DNA from: Rhina ancylostomus | Lineage: Eukaryota | Assembly (NCBI GenBank): GCA_030265395.1 | Contig: JARFYF010000118.1 | Location: 23,602,137 to 23,666,136, forward strand | Reading direction: 5' to 3' | Length of the DNA stretch: 64,000 nucleotides | Shown here: positions 12,700-26,807 of the stretch, piece by piece | How positions within the stretch are numbered: position 1 is the first letter of the stretch | How the letters are laid out: every line of letters begins with the position of its first letter | The notes under the pieces: generated by a model | What the model saw: the letters and a program-made list of their open reading frames with translations, nothing else | The model's database searches: none | What the model was told of the DNA's origin: nothing | Position numbers and translations under genes: made by a program

Positions 12700-13402
12700 T
12701 AAAATTTAATAAAATTTATTCCAGACAAGAGTGACGTAATGCACTTTGGGAAGTCAAATTCTGTTAGGAAACAGGAGTATTGATGCACAGAGGGACCTTG
12801 GGGTGCAAGTCCATAGCTCATTGAAAATGGGAACAAGGTATTGAAGAAGGCATTTGGTTTGGTTACCTTTATGGACTGAGGCACAGAATATAAAAGATAG
12901 GAAGTGATGTTGCAGCTGCACAAAACATTTGTTAGACTCCACTTGGATTATTCTATACAATTCTGATTGGTACAGAAGAGATTTACTCAGATGTTGCTTA
13001 GAATTGAGAGCTGCAGTTATAGGGAGAAAGTGGATCATCTGGGTTTATTCTCAGTGGAGTGTGGGAGGCTGAGGAGTGACCTCATAGAGGTTTATAAAAT
13101 TATGAGGCATAGCTAGGATAAATAGAGCTTTTTTTCCCCTAGGGCAGGGAAGTCTAGTATGACAGGGCAGGTACTAGTACTTAAGGTGAGAAGGGAGAAA
13201 TTTGAGGATCTGAGGGGTAAATTTTTCACATAGAGTGTGGTGGTTATCTGGAATGAGCTGCCAAAGGTGGTGGTAGAGGCAGATACAATTACAACTTTTA
13301 AAGGCACTTGGGCAGGTACTTAAATAGGAAAGGCATACAGGGATATGGGCCAAACACAGGCACATGGCATTAGGTGGACTGAAAGACTATATGATTCCAT
13401 GA
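12700..13402 (+). mobile_element. CR1 LINE 3' fragment
   Basis: gaggagtgacctcatagaggtttataaaattatgaggc and gtggtagaggcagatacaattacaacttttaa. Confidence 0.85.
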
Positions 13403-14239
13403 TTCACAGCCACACAATTCTTAAAAAAAGCATTGGAATACTGTTGTGATGGTTAGCAGCCATAATTTGGAAAGTGAAAATGTTGCCTTTTAAATATCTC
13501 CACTTTTCTTTTAAATCAACTTCAGCAGTTTCATAAACATACAGAAAAAAAATTGCAGTAAAGGATTTAAGGTTTGAGAGGTGCAAGGTATTGGCTTTAT
13601 TTCAGCATGCCACCCAGGCTGTGAAAGGTAGGAGATGATGCTAATTCAGGAAAAAAATGACAGTGATGATGAGAATTATTTTTATTTGCCTTTAATTTAC
13701 AGAATATAACCAATTTTGAAGTAATACTAAATAATGTAGGTTTGTTTGTGCACAGACTAATGCTTGACTGGATTCTTTTACAGACTTCTACTAGGAATAT
13801 GAGCAACTGAAGGTTGAGGTCTACCTTGGTGAGAGTTACAAAACTCTATCCTAAGTGGGCAGTTGTCAGAGAGCTCAAGACAGCCATCTTTTGAACCTTC
13901 CATTGTTAATGATTATCAATATCTCCACTTTCAGTGTAAATGTCCTCAGCCCACAACCCTGTTCTCAATCATTTGCTCAACCTAATACTGTCCATCATCA
14001 ATCCACCTCAACATTCACTTCCAATCATCTGCCTGACTGTCAAACCACCTATCTAACTACTAACCCCCACATTCTTTCCTGGCGAACATTTGCTCTGATA
14101 CGAAGACCAGAATGCAGTGTTCAGAGTGCAATCTAACCAAGATATATGGAAAACAAAGTTCTGCATAATACTCCAAGTACAAAAAGATCAAAACTGTGTG
14201 AAGTGCTTCCAATGTGCTTAGACCTAGATATACGGAGAC

Positions 14240-15020
14240 TAGAACTGTACATTGTTCTCAGTGCATTCTCACCATGAAATAAGAGCTCATAACTGTACGT
14301 TTCAAAATTGCTCTGAGCAAAGTATGTGGAGTCCAGAGGTATACTTCCAACATTGTCTTAAAGTACACCAAGATGACATAGATCAAATGACACAGATCTT
14401 ACTGGTAACTTGGTAGAGATGGACTTGGATGTATAGTCTATAAACATCTGAAAGTGGCATTGTATGTTAACAAACTACTGAGCAAAATTTTATGGAACCC
14501 TGCACTTCAGCTAAAAAGTTGGGAAGTTGAACACTGCTTAGGATATAGGTTTTGCCACTTCATTTTGAGAAGGTTGTGCAGGTCCATGAAAGAGGGTAAA
14601 ACTGATTTACTACAATTATTCCAGAAATGAGGAGTTTCAGCTGCATTAGATTGCAGAACTTAAGACTAGTCTTCTTGGTGTTCAAAGAAATTCAAAGAAT
14701 ACATTTTAAACAAGTATACAAGATCATGTTTAGATTGGATACACAATGAATAGTTGTTCCCTTCAGTGACTGGCTCAAGGACCAAAGTACACATTGCAAA
14801 GTACACAAAAGATGCAGGGAAAGGTGAGGAAAAAAAAATATTTTGTAGAGTATCACTCTCTGTCAGGATGATGGAAATAGAGTCAATCAAAGGTTTCAAA
14901 AGGGAATTGGATAGATATCTGAAGGAGAATAATTTGGCAGAGGAAAGAATAGTGAAGTGTGACTGACAAGGTTGCTCCAGTAGGATTCAAGGGGCCTAAT
15001 GACCTCCACCAGTGCGACTA
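14240..15020 (+). mobile_element. Old CR1 fragment
   Basis: ttcaaaagggaattggatagatatctgaagg and other degenerate CR1 3' motifs. Confidence 0.6.
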
Positions 15021-15130
15021 CAAATCCGTGCTCTCCCTGCAGAGCACTTTTTTTTAAACATACTTGATACAAACTGTGCTGTGAATTTGGGGAGATAAAA
15101 GATAGCCCAGATCTGTAAAAAACTCAGACC

Positions 15131-15290
15131 CTTACCTGTACTACCTCAATGCACTCTGTACTAACTCAATAAAACTGCACTGTGTAATGAATTGACCTGT
15201 ACGATTGGTATGCAAGACAAGTTTCTCACTGTACCTCAGTAAACCAATAATAAACCAATATCAAACCAATATCAATACCAATACCAAAAG
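15131..15290 (+). mobile_element. Rex1/Babar 3' UTR with (ACCAAT)n-like tail
   Basis: Matches 725-840. Tail aaaccaataataaaccaatatcaaaccaatatcaataccaatacc. Confidence 0.85.
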
Positions 15291-17709
15291 CATACTGCAA
15301 TTTACATTCCACTTTGTAACTACCTCCCCTAACCCCCAACAACCTGAATTTCAGGTTGGTGGGGGTTGAGGGAATTGGTTACAGGATGGAATATTCATTG
15401 TGTTAAGCTACTACCCCATTGGGTCAATGACAATTTTCAAATGCACAGTCTTCTAATTTTCACATTATATGTGCTAATTTCAAAGTTCATTAAACTCCAC
15501 TGCATTTTCATTTTACATGATAATTTTCACATACTCTTTAGATGGTTTGGGGTGAAAAACATTGATGACTGGATTGTTGTTTACAAATAATACTATTGAA
15601 CAAAATGTTTTTTAAAAATCTCCAAATATTGGGGATGCTCATTTTTTAAGAATGCATGATAATGTTTTCATATGTCAGAGGCACTTTTCCAGTTACATTA
15701 ATAACATTTACTGCCAGTTAATGACTGGAGAGCATCACTTTGACTCACAGAAATACTTGTGGAATGAGAGCAGTGTGACAGGAAAGAACACTGGGGTATG
15801 TTTAATGCTTCCAGAGAGGCAATGCTCGAAGGTAACCGAAGACAAAGATCCGGATTTAATCTATGGTTCTAATTTTCTGATTTATATTCTTGTGAGCACA
15901 CACTGCCACTGGGAATGCTGGATTGCTGAATTTACAGATGAATATGTATGAATAAGCAACATTAATGCAATCAACATATTCATGCTCTGAGCCCAGGGGA
16001 TGTCTAAATGTGTTAGAACTACCCATTTTATAACCTTCATATAATATGTAATGTTTTCAAGCAATGAATTCTGAGATCAAATAATCTTGGAATCTTTCTT
16101 TGATGTCAAAGTGTTTATTTGAGTTTGAGTCAGTCTCAGTCCTACAGATATTACCAGTTTAAGAATGCAAAACCCAAGGGTATATGACACAATAATCCAG
16201 GACAAACAGCGAAATGTAATTTTCAACTGCACATTACGAGAAAGTTCACTGGTTGATGAAAGTTGATGGAAAGGATGAACAAGCCTCAAATCCGTCACAT
16301 AATGAATTGGACTTGGAAATAGCTAAAAAGCAATTGCAAAGTTGTGAAGTTGTTTTACCAGTTGAAAAGACAGATGACAGAAAACTAGATGTTGGCTTTA
16401 TATACAGGTAATGAGAACCCAAACTGAGACAGTCAACAAAAAGGACAGGCAAAATCTGCAAAGTAGTCTCCAACCATCTAAAACTGAGAAAGCATGAGAT
16501 AAAATGTCAGCCCTCCAGTAAAGAGAAAGTGANNNNNNNNNNNNNNNNNNNNNNNNNNNNNNNNNNNNNNNNNNNNNNNNNNNNNNNNNNNNNNNNNNNN
16601 NNNNNNNNNNNNNNNNNNNNNNNNNNNNNNNNGACAATAATAAACCAATACCAATGGGACAGATTGTCTCTGTCTCTGACAGTAAATATCCATTTACCTA
16701 ACTTCCAGTTAGCTTTGCATCATGACAGGAGGGGGCATGACAGGAGGGGCCTTAAACGCAATGTTGAACTCTTCACTGATCCTAGTCCCAAGTGTTCTGA
16801 ACTGGCAATCTTCAGCCTACTAATTTAAATACCTCCAGGGAATGAGTACAATGATGGAAATTCAAGGTCCAAATGGAAAGAATATTCATAACATCTATTG
16901 TGCAACCAACTATTTGAAAGTGTTCAAATTAATTTGCCAACCTCTTTTTTCAATCCTTCTATGAGGGTAATTTTGCAAGGCTCGATTCTAGCTGCAAGTT
17001 CCTGGAGAATGGCTGATGAGGAGCTGCTGGCGATTGGCTACAGGTTACTCTTCTGCCTGGAAAAAGTTCTCACTCTGGAAGCAGTCTTAGAAAACAATCT
17101 TTTGTCTCTCAACCCCTTAATTCTCCAATGTGCTAAATAAATACAGAACTCTATCTTGAATTTTCAAATTTCCTGCATTCTACTTCATAGATCTTAAGGT
17201 GCTGGATATTCCACACAGCTCAACATGTATTTACTGTGGCACAATACACACTCTATAATGAAGCTCTTAGCAGAAAGTACTGGACAATATTTTAAATTAT
17301 GCATTGTTGATGCAATTACAAAATGACAAAAATGTTCAATACATTTTCTGTAGCATTTAATCATGGTCAAAATGATGTAGTTTTTCTTTTGTTAAAGTTA
17401 TCTGAAATATTTGCTGAATAAATAATGCTTATACAGGAACTATTTCAGGCAAATTAGAGACAACTACCTAAAAATTCAGTTGCAGAAAACAACATTTTTT
17501 CAGCATACTGAAATCGAAAACTTGATGTTTTACACTTGAAAAAAATTAAGACCATTTCCAAATTGTTTTGCATCATTTGAAAAAAATTCAAACAAGCAGT
17601 TAAGAGTTTTGCCGTTCTCTACGTAGTGGAAGCGCCTATCATTAGATATTCCACAGACGAGAGGGTTTTACTTGCACAGCACTGAACTAGAAGCCTGCAA
17701 GGTGCAAGC

Positions 17710-18420
17710 TCCACCCCCCCCACACTGAAATCACCCCCCTACCCCTACTTCTCCCAAAACATATGTTGCTAATTCCAATTCTTCCTCTTAACTACTAACC
17801 AACTGTTTTGCGAATGTGATGGTAGTCTTCCCATCTCCAACATCCCCCCACCCCCCAAAAAGACACTCCTGACTTCCCACTCCCAATCCCTTCCTAAATA
17901 GATTGCTGATATGCCAAATCCCTTCCCCAGACTGACTGGTGGTTTATCCAACCCATGATTTTCCCCACCAAACAAAGGAAATATTGTCTGTCTCCCACTC
18001 CTGAATCTCTCTCCCTCCAACCTCACCTTTGCACTGCCGGCTGCTGGTCTATTCGCAAACGTTTCACTAGAAACATTGCTCATCATCTGCTCCTGCTCTC
18101 TTCCCCAAACACACTGCCAATCTCCAACACCCACACCCCCAAACCATTAATTCCTCACACTAAACACACTATCAGTTTCCCATTCCCAATGCTTTCAACA
18201 AACACATTGCTGGTCTTCTAACCATGATCCCTTACCCAAATAGTTTGGTCTCCTGTTCCCGATCTTTTACTCAATTATACATTCCCAATTCCACCAACGT
18301 CTCAATATCCCAAACACACAGTCGGTCTCTTGCGCCCAATCCGAAAACCTCTCCTGACCCCTTCACTGCTCAGGCCACCATTTTGCCTGTGGCCAACCAT
18401 CACTCAAACCCATCCTGATA
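17710..18420. repeat. C-rich low-complexity tract
   Basis: Many C3-C7 runs and strong C-over-G skew. No clear repeat unit. Confidence 0.6.
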
Positions 18421-18786
18421 AAGGAAAAATCAGGCAACACATTTTTAGCAACTGGACGGTCAATTATTCAAGTGATTATATCAGACTATTAAAAGTAAAT
18501 GTGCTAATTCTGGCCAACAATGAAGTGCAAAAATGTAGTTTCATCAGCTTGAGTATGTAGCCTGTTTATTAAAAGGCTGTGCTTATGGCTCATTATAAAT
18601 ATGCATTGTTGCACTGAGGGTTCTAAATTAGGCATGGATTATACTGAGTTAGCTGATCTCAACAGAGCATTTGTAAGGTATTAAAAATAGTTTCCATATT
18701 CTGGGGAAAGGAAGTGGAAGAGGAACTGGTGGGAATGTACTCTTGACTCCTTATCCACTCCCTATCCACAGTTGGATAACTACATT

Positions 18787-18836
18787 TATTGTTAAAGTAT
18801 AAATACAATTATATTGTTAAAGAATAAATACAATTA
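18787..18836. repeat. 25-bp tandem duplication
   Basis: tattgttaaagtataaatacaatta followed by tattgttaaagaataaatacaatta. Confidence 0.9.
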
Positions 18837-18899
18837 AGGGCCACTTGGATAATGCGGCAGAGAACAAGTGTTGTGCAATGCATGAAGAAACCATGCCTG

Positions 18900-19200
18900 T
18901 AGTGGAGATAATTTCAGCACGTACTCAATGAAGAACAGTCACAAATATAATATAGGAACTGCTACAGCCCGTTTGCACAAAGCAAGCTCCCACAAACTGC
19001 ACTGTGGTCAAAGTATTTTACAAATGCATAGAGATATATTTTTGCCAAAACATCAGTGATAAATCTTCTACTCTTCTTTGAAATAATTCGCCAACCAGAG
19101 TAGATGCAGCCTCAGATTAATGAAAACCAACACATTCAAACTGTATTGTTCTGGAGTGTCAGCCTACATTTGTGTGCTCATCCCTTGAATCGACAACCAT
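18900..19200 (-). mobile_element. DeuSINE remnant
   Basis: tttgcacaaagcaagctcccacaaac...ctactcttctttgaaataa...ctggagtgtcagcctacatttgtgtgctca. Confidence 0.65.
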
Positions 19201-22200
19201 NNNNNNNNNNNNNNNNNNNNNNNNNNNNNNTGAACAAAAAAACTAAATGAAGAAGGAAAAGAAAACCAGAGGAGTAATTAGTATGTTAGATTTCAAATGG
19301 CAAAGTTTGAACATCTAGGTGATATGTTTTCACCTTCTCAAACATCCATTTTGCAAAGAAAAAACAGGCCTGAGTTGTAACAAATTACATTGATATCGTG
19401 GCTGTAGATTTCTATTGTGTACAACACCTCAAAGTCATGTGACTTGATTGTAGGAGTCACTTGCCCATCATTCTGGTTGTTATCTCTTTCACAGAAATAG
19501 ATTGCAAAGCTTGCTACATGTACTCATTGTTATCATACTGATTTGAGTATTAAGCAAGCCAGATTTCCTGCACCCCATCAACAGCAAATTAGCTACATGC
19601 AGCCAAAATTCTATAATTCCTTTTCTAAAGTTATTAACTTTCTCCCCCTGTCCTTCTTCCATCTATTAAGACAACTTTGAAATGAAATTCTTGACTAGCA
19701 TCTCCTGGTGTGGTTCACGTCAAATTCTGCGTGATAATGTTTCTCTGATGTCCTTGGGACATTTTATTATGTGCAAAGAACCATATAAATGCAATTTTTT
19801 GTAGCATATACAGTAGGTCTGTTAAGCTGAACATGGCTACTAAGTGCCTTAGGTGCTCTTGCACAGGAACAGGAACTGATTATAAACACCAATGCAGTGA
19901 CACTAATTAGTGGCTGGCAAAACCAATATCAATTTTACATTAAATGCAATTCATCATCTAATCTTTATATAGGTTCATGCTATACACAATAAAGAAAATA
20001 GCAGCCATATCAAAGGCATTTTATAGTGATGGCAATAACGGTTTCAATCTGTGCACTTTGCTAACTATTCTGTTTGAGGTTTTGGAGCTAATTGACAAAA
20101 TAAACAAAAACGGAGATTAAATTACAAGCAAGATGATAGACAGAGCTAAAGGGGTTTCATACCTAAAGATGTCAGTTCAGATTCACGATGGACAAAGTTA
20201 AGTTAAACAACAGTACAAGCAATCAACCTACTCTAATCTATATTACGGATTACTGGATGTGGGAAAAATTAAGTGAGTGAGACAATTTCACAGTTATACA
20301 GTACATTTAAAATATTCAGGGTTACTACAGTGGTGATCCTACACTTAAGTTTGACTCCTGTGGATCCAAGACGTTATTTGATCAAAATACTAAATGGAAA
20401 CTGAATTGGGAGGAGAACAAATAAAAGGCAAAAATCAGTGATTAAAACATACACACATTTACAAATAAATGTGCTTGATTAAATGGAAGTAAAACCAAAT
20501 TGAAATTGGAAACTAGGCAAGACCCACACTAAAAATTAAGTACTTTATTACTATGTTGGAGCAATTACCTTCAATTTCATATCCTGTTTAAATCAATATT
20601 GAAGCACTAAAACTGATTAAGCTAATTCTTAAGGTGCCTGGTAAAGTAGACACAAATTATTAGGTGTAGCCTGTGTGATTGCTGTTACCATAATGTAAAA
20701 CATGCAGATCAACCCAGCTAATCCAGCCTCATAATACTGGCTGTAATACATACAAGCTGAATTTCTTGATGGGTGTGAAAATTATGTGCAAGCACAAGAG
20801 GTGGATATAGTTTATAATCTTCTGAACAATGCTTTATGGCTCTCTTAATTCAACTTCTGATACTATTAATGTTGTTAATGTTAAGATTATATCTATATTT
20901 TTGAAGTCGGTGAAGTGATTTAAAGGTCTCATTTTTCCTGTCCCAGTTCCCTTGCTGTTAAATCAAACATCTTACCAATTAACTGCTGACTACTTCACAG
21001 TGTACATCTGAACAGATAGCTTATCCACAAATTAAACCTCTGGTCATTACACTCTACAGCATATTATAATCATGTGTGTAGTTTCTTTCATTTTACCAGT
21101 CTGTATTTTGATGGCTTCTATTTATGCTTTTCTACCACCAAAAATAGGATGGTAAGATACAGGAGTTTGGAGCAGCATTAGGGTTTTAGTGCTAACTGAC
21201 CAAAGCGCACTTCATATTTATGAAGTTGGTTAAAAGTGAGCAATAAGATAATTTCAATGTGCAGTAATATTTGAGTGTTCATGGAGTGCTCGTGGAGTAA
21301 TATGTGAGTGTTCATGTAATGTTACATGCATGTATAATATATAAATATATATGAAAAGTAAAACAAAACTGTGCAGCAACTATATATAAAAAAACCACCA
21401 AGGATGGGTTCCACTATTTCTTCAACCATAAAGGATGTTAGTTTTAAAATGCTTTCAATAATGGGACACTAGGGTGGGGGCTCAAAGACTTACAGCCCTT
21501 TTAATCTCTGCTTTTAGGCAAATTATTCCATGTTTGTTATCTAGACAATATCTATTTAAATAAGACCCATTTACTAAAAGACAAGTGAAGTCATTATTAA
21601 ACTGCAAATGTGAGGGAAATGGGAATCCAGACGTGGGCCAAGAATCCAATAAGGCCAGGGAGATGCAAGGACCACTTCATTTAATACAAGGGTCTTTAAA
21701 TAAACCAATGCAAATCACCACCTGAAACCTGGCCAGATGGTCTGCCTGGTTAGTGGATGGGTGGGAACAAAAATTAGCACGTGAAGCAGCAGGACTGAAC
21801 CTCCTTAGTCAGTAGGTGAGTTGGTGATGGGTGGGGAAGGATGGACTCCCTCAAGGAGAGGTTAAATATACAGGGATACTGAGGATATCAGTAGGCCATT
21901 ACTTTCACATCTTAAACAAGTCTAAGTTTTTTCTTGTTCTAATTGCATCTTTTATTGTAAACATTGTGTACAATTTATATTTAATTTATGTTTTGTGAAT
22001 GCTGCTTATCTGATGCTATGTGCCTGTGATGCTGCTGCAAGTTTTTCATTGCACCTGTGCATACATGTACTTNNNNNNNNNNNNNNNNNNNNNNNNNNNN
22101 NNNNNNNNNNNNNNNNNNNNNNNNNNNNNNNNNNNNNNNNNNNNNNNNNNNNNNNNNNNNNNNNNNNNNNNNNNNNNNNNNNNNNNNNNNNNNNNNNNNN

Positions 22201-22906
22201 NNNNNNNNNNNNNNNNNNNNNNNNNNNNNNNNNNNNNNNNNNNNNNNNNNNNNNNNNNNNNNNNNNNNNNNNNNNNNNNNNNNNNNNNNNNNNNNNNNNN
22301 NNNNNNNNNNNNNNNCCCCCCCCCCCCCCGCTGTCATATTTTTTCTAAAGAAACATTATATATTTAAGGAGTCAAAAATGTAACTGACTCAGTTCCCAAG
22401 ACATTTTACTTCAGTTCAGAACTAACAGAAAATCAATTGATAATCAGTTTAGAATATTTTTATATCTTTACAAAAAATAAACATCATAATTAATTTGTGG
22501 TTAAGTGAAGTAATAATGGACTGCACTGTCTAGAAGGAAGATATGAATATTAATCTGAAGGACAGGGTGCCAGTAGTATACCAGAAGACTTAAGATCAGC
22601 AAGTCTGTTTGAAGGACAATCCTGCATAAACAAGTCTATTAGTGAGGTTGCAACTTCCAATTTCCCAAAAATAATTGACAGCATTTTAAAGGACATTATC
22701 TAATAATCAAGTGTATGGAAAAGTTGAAACTGGAATATTACTTCAAATTATATATTGCAAATGTGGGACAAGGACACAAAGATAATTGCAAGTGAGAACT
22801 AACTTTTAAAGACAATCTCCTTCATGGCATGCATCTTTTTTTTGAAGAAGCAGAAACTGAAATCCTGAAACCATTTATACAATTAAAAGCTATTTAAGGG
22901 GATGGT

Positions 22907-23512
22907 GACATAAGAGATTGCTCCGATGTTGGAATCTGGAGCAACATGCACAAAAAAGTGCTGATGGAACTCAGCAGGTCAGGCAGCATCTATGGAGAGA
23001 AATAAACAGTCGAGGTTTCGTGTCGAGACCCTTCGTCAGGACTGGAAAGGAAGTGGGGAATAGATGGGCACATCATGAGGTGGGATGGCCAGGTCATGAG
23101 GGTGGGGGAAGGGAAAAGAGAAGGGNNNNNNNNNNNNNNNNNNNNNNNNNNNNNNNNNNNNNNNNNNNNNNNNNNNNNNNNNNNNNNNNNNNNNNNNNNN
23201 NNNNNNNNNNNNNNNNNNNNNNNNNNNNNNNNNNNNNNNNNNNNNNNNNNNNNNNNNNNNNNNNNNNNNNNNNNNNNNNNNNNNNNNNNNNNNNNNNNNN
23301 NNNNNNNNNNNNNNNNNNNNNNNNTGAGGGTGGGGGAAGGGAAAAGAGAAGGGCAGGAGGGGGCCACAGGAATGAGGGAAGACAAAGGAGGGAAAAAGGG
23401 CAGGGGTGGAGGTTGGGGGGTGGAGGGTTACCAGAAGGTAGAGAAATTGATGTTGAGGCCGTCAGGTTGGAGACCACCAAGGCGGAATTCGAGGAGTTGT
23501 TCCTCCATGGTC
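22907..23512 (-). mobile_element. Penelope-like element 3' end with terminal repeat
   Basis: Reverse counterpart of 28360-28851. The minus strand encodes ...GGLQPDGLNINFSTFW*. Confidence 0.85.
23007..23044 (-). ncRNA. Minimal type I hammerhead motif, sense to the ZC3H3 pre-mRNA
   Basis: Minus strand cagtc-CTGACGA-a-GGGTC tc GACAC-GAAAC-CTC-gactg. Two substitutions (stem II and stem III) affect pairing relative to the intact copy. Confidence 0.65.
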
Positions 23513-23599
23513 AAGTCTTTCTGAGTGGATGGACTGATCTAATAACTTTTGTCACTTAAAATGAGGCATACAATTAATATAAGGCTTTTGTTGAAAACA

Positions 23600-25680
23600 C
23601 CTGGGAGAACTCTGTGGTTATATTCTCTTCATCTGAGGATAGGTATAACAGAGAAGACAATGAACACATATTTCCTCTGACTGAAGAATAAGAATTAGAT
23701 TGCCAAATTTCAGGATGAGAGGTCAAGCCTTTATGCACAAGATGAGGTATAATTTCTTCACTTGGAAAGTTGAAACTGGTGGTATGTGTTCTCAAGCAAG
23801 AATATTGTTAATATCAGACAAAGAACACTGCTATAGGACCTCAACTATTCTATAAAGAATTTTTGAGCCACTTTTTGAGGAAGAAACTGTTAGATAATAT
23901 GTTTCTGGCCAAATGAGAAAGGAGACATTACTGGATTTGGTTCTGGGGAATGTGGTGAGTGAAGCAATCATTAGTGGGGAAGCATTTAATGTGCAGTGCC
24001 CATTGTATACTCTGAAATCTAGAAGGGAAATAGTATTTAATTGGACGGCCAACTTTGAGAGTTGACAGCTGATCTCCCAAGGATAAGTTGATATTGAAAT
24101 ATTGCCAGCAAAACCAGAAGTGAAAAATGGTTCATCATTAAACAAGACACAAGTTGGGTGACGTTAGGGACAATCCCATACAGGGGAAGGGTAAACCAAA
24201 CAAAACCTCTAGATCCTGAAGATTAGGATTCTAGGTTGCTGAGGAAATTTCAAGAGGTATTGGCAATTTTGGATTGAAATAAGGAAAAAAATTCTTCACA
24301 TGCAGATTTGTAAATCTGTGGAAAGTTTTAACTCAGAAGGCAGAGGACACTCAGTCATTGACTATATCCACAAATGATACACTAAGTGACTGGACAGCAT
24401 CAGGCATGTTCTTACTAAATGGATGAGAAGGTTCAGGGTGGGGAGAGAGATGAGGGGGCGGGGCAGTGGCATATAGCCTTTTACAAATTCTATTTTCCAT
24501 GTTATAGTCCACACATCTTTAAATCTAGGGTGGTAACAGAGGACCAGAGAAATGTGAACCTTATACCTTTGTACAGAAAAGAATGGAAGTAAATATTTAG
24601 CAAGTACAGACCATCTAACTTCAGTGGTGAAGATGCCAGAATCCAGTCAGGAACTAAATTAATAGTTACTTGGACAAATATAAATTAATAATGGAAACCC
24701 AGTACTTATTTGTTGAATTAAAATCTTGTTTAATTAATGACTGATATTTTTGATGAGAAAATGTAGTACAGAGACTTAATAAAACGTGTTTGATAAAAAA
24801 AGCTTGTCAGCACAATTGAAGTCATTGAGCAAAAGGGCAGCATGAATACAAAATTGGCTTGGGGATTAGAAACAAGAAAGGTGAATGCTTGCCTTTTGGA
24901 AAGGAAGGTGGTATGGAATGGTGTTCCCCAGAGATGGCTACTAGGATCATTCAATGTACGTCCCGGGTTTGGTTGTGCAGCACAAGAGGACATAAATCAG
25001 TGAAATAGGAAGACACACTTCAGAGGAAACTTATTGCAGAGAGATGTGAAGTCATGTGTTTGACTGAAAAATAAAAAGAGGAATATTTGGAGATTGTAAA
25101 TCTGAAAGATACAATTCTAAGTAGGGTTCAGGAACAGGGTATAGAAAGGAATAGAAATGACATAAATCAAATGTTCTATGTGTGTGCACAAATCTTTGGA
25201 AATGGGAGGTCAGGTTATAAAAGCAAATTTTAAACAAAACTGTCTTGGTCTTTGTATATGGAGGCACGGTATTTGAATGCAACAACATTTTGTTAAACCT
25301 ATAAAAATCACTGGGTAGATCACAAATGGAGCATTAAGCCCAATTTTGGGACTGCATTTTAGAAAGGATTTAGCAGAACAGTTTCAGGAATGAAGATAGA
25401 CTGTGAAAGGTGGTGTCATGCTCCTCAGACTACAGCAAATTCAGATGAAATTTGACTGAAGATTTAAAAATTATTAAGGGCCCAGACATACCATTCCTTT
25501 TGGTGGAAGAATTGAAAATCAGGCTGCAGATATTTAAGGTGATTATGACAAGAACCAATGAAGGCACATGGATACACCACAAAATGTTTAGTTATGATCT
25601 GTAATACAGGGCTTAAAGGGGTGGGGAAAGCAGACCCATTCATGCCTTTGCAAAAGGAATTGAAAGAAAAATGATTCTAT
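23600..25680 (+). mobile_element. Cluster of old, fragmented CR1 sequence
   Basis: Degenerate RT motifs (ctggatttggttctggggaatg, atggtgttccccagagatgg, caattttgggactgcattttagaaagga). Confidence 0.6.
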
Positions 25681-26807
25681 GATTTATCATTAGCCCTCTA
25701 CAACTAAGTATATACCACTTTTAGAATGCAGGGACAATTTTATCCACTCTACCTTCAGAGGGACTTCAGTGGGTTGTACATAGCCCAAAAAAAAGATATT
25801 GACTGAAATTTTAAAAAGCAATCAAAATAGAGGAATAAATGTTGAGAGGGGTTGGAATCTAGATTTATAGTATAGAAAGTCAGCCATCTTATATTAACTT
25901 CAACCATGACCACGGTTCTTGCAAACACTGGAATTGATTATTTGACTTACTCCTGCTCTTACTTAAAGGGAAACAGTTTGGGCAATCAACAGTGAACAAG
26001 TACACAAATGGAAGTTGTTAAACTAGATTAGAAAGAAGTGTACATGCATTTAGTACAGACAGTTAATCGTATTTATTCATATGCTATTTACTTTTAAGAT
26101 TCTATTAATTTTGGAACCAGACAAGCAATTCTTAGATGGAAATCTGTGACATTTTGCAAGTTTGAATCCAAATAAGTAAATTAAGGTTTAGTGTCTGGAT
26201 GTATTGGATTTCATTAGTACGTAAATTGTAAAAAAAATTATACAGGAAAGAACAAGAACCTCAACTTAAAACATAGATGCAGGAGTTGGCCATTCAGTCA
26301 CTTGTGCCTTCTCTGTCATTCGATAAGATCAAGGCTGATCTTTTATCTCAGTGCCACTTTGCTGCATTAACCCCATTTACCTTAATATCAAGAAATCTAT
26401 TGATCACTTTCTTGAATATACTCAGCAACTCTTTCTTGTCGATTAAAATGGATGAGATTTAGTGATCTAGGAAATCTTGCACCTAGGATATGCAACATAC
26501 ACAGAAACACTTACTGAAATTAATGTGGCCATTTGTGGATGCCCATTGGTCAATAACAATTCATATTTACAAGCAATCTTCATTATAGAAAAGCATTCCA
26601 AGATGCTTGAGAGGCATGAGGAAAGCGGGTGCTCACCATTTCAGAATGTTGGTGATCTCGACCTTGAGAAGCTATATGGAAAAAGTGGGTGATAATCATT
26701 CAGTATACATTTCCAAGCCACTCACAAAGAAAATAAATGGGGATTGCAGAAAGCAATAAAGAATCTGCTGGAGAAACTCAGTGGGTCGCGCAGCATCTGT
26801 GGGAGGA

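Noticed and set aside
16256-16410. Short plus-strand ORF MKVDGKDEQ...GFIYR ending at CAG|gtaatg
   Set aside because: No acceptor, no recognisable homology, and antisense to the host gene.
16719-16750. catgacaggaggggg tandem duplication (similar small ones at ~1863-1916 and ~21264-21317)
   Set aside because: Ordinary slippage-type micro-duplications with no further structure.
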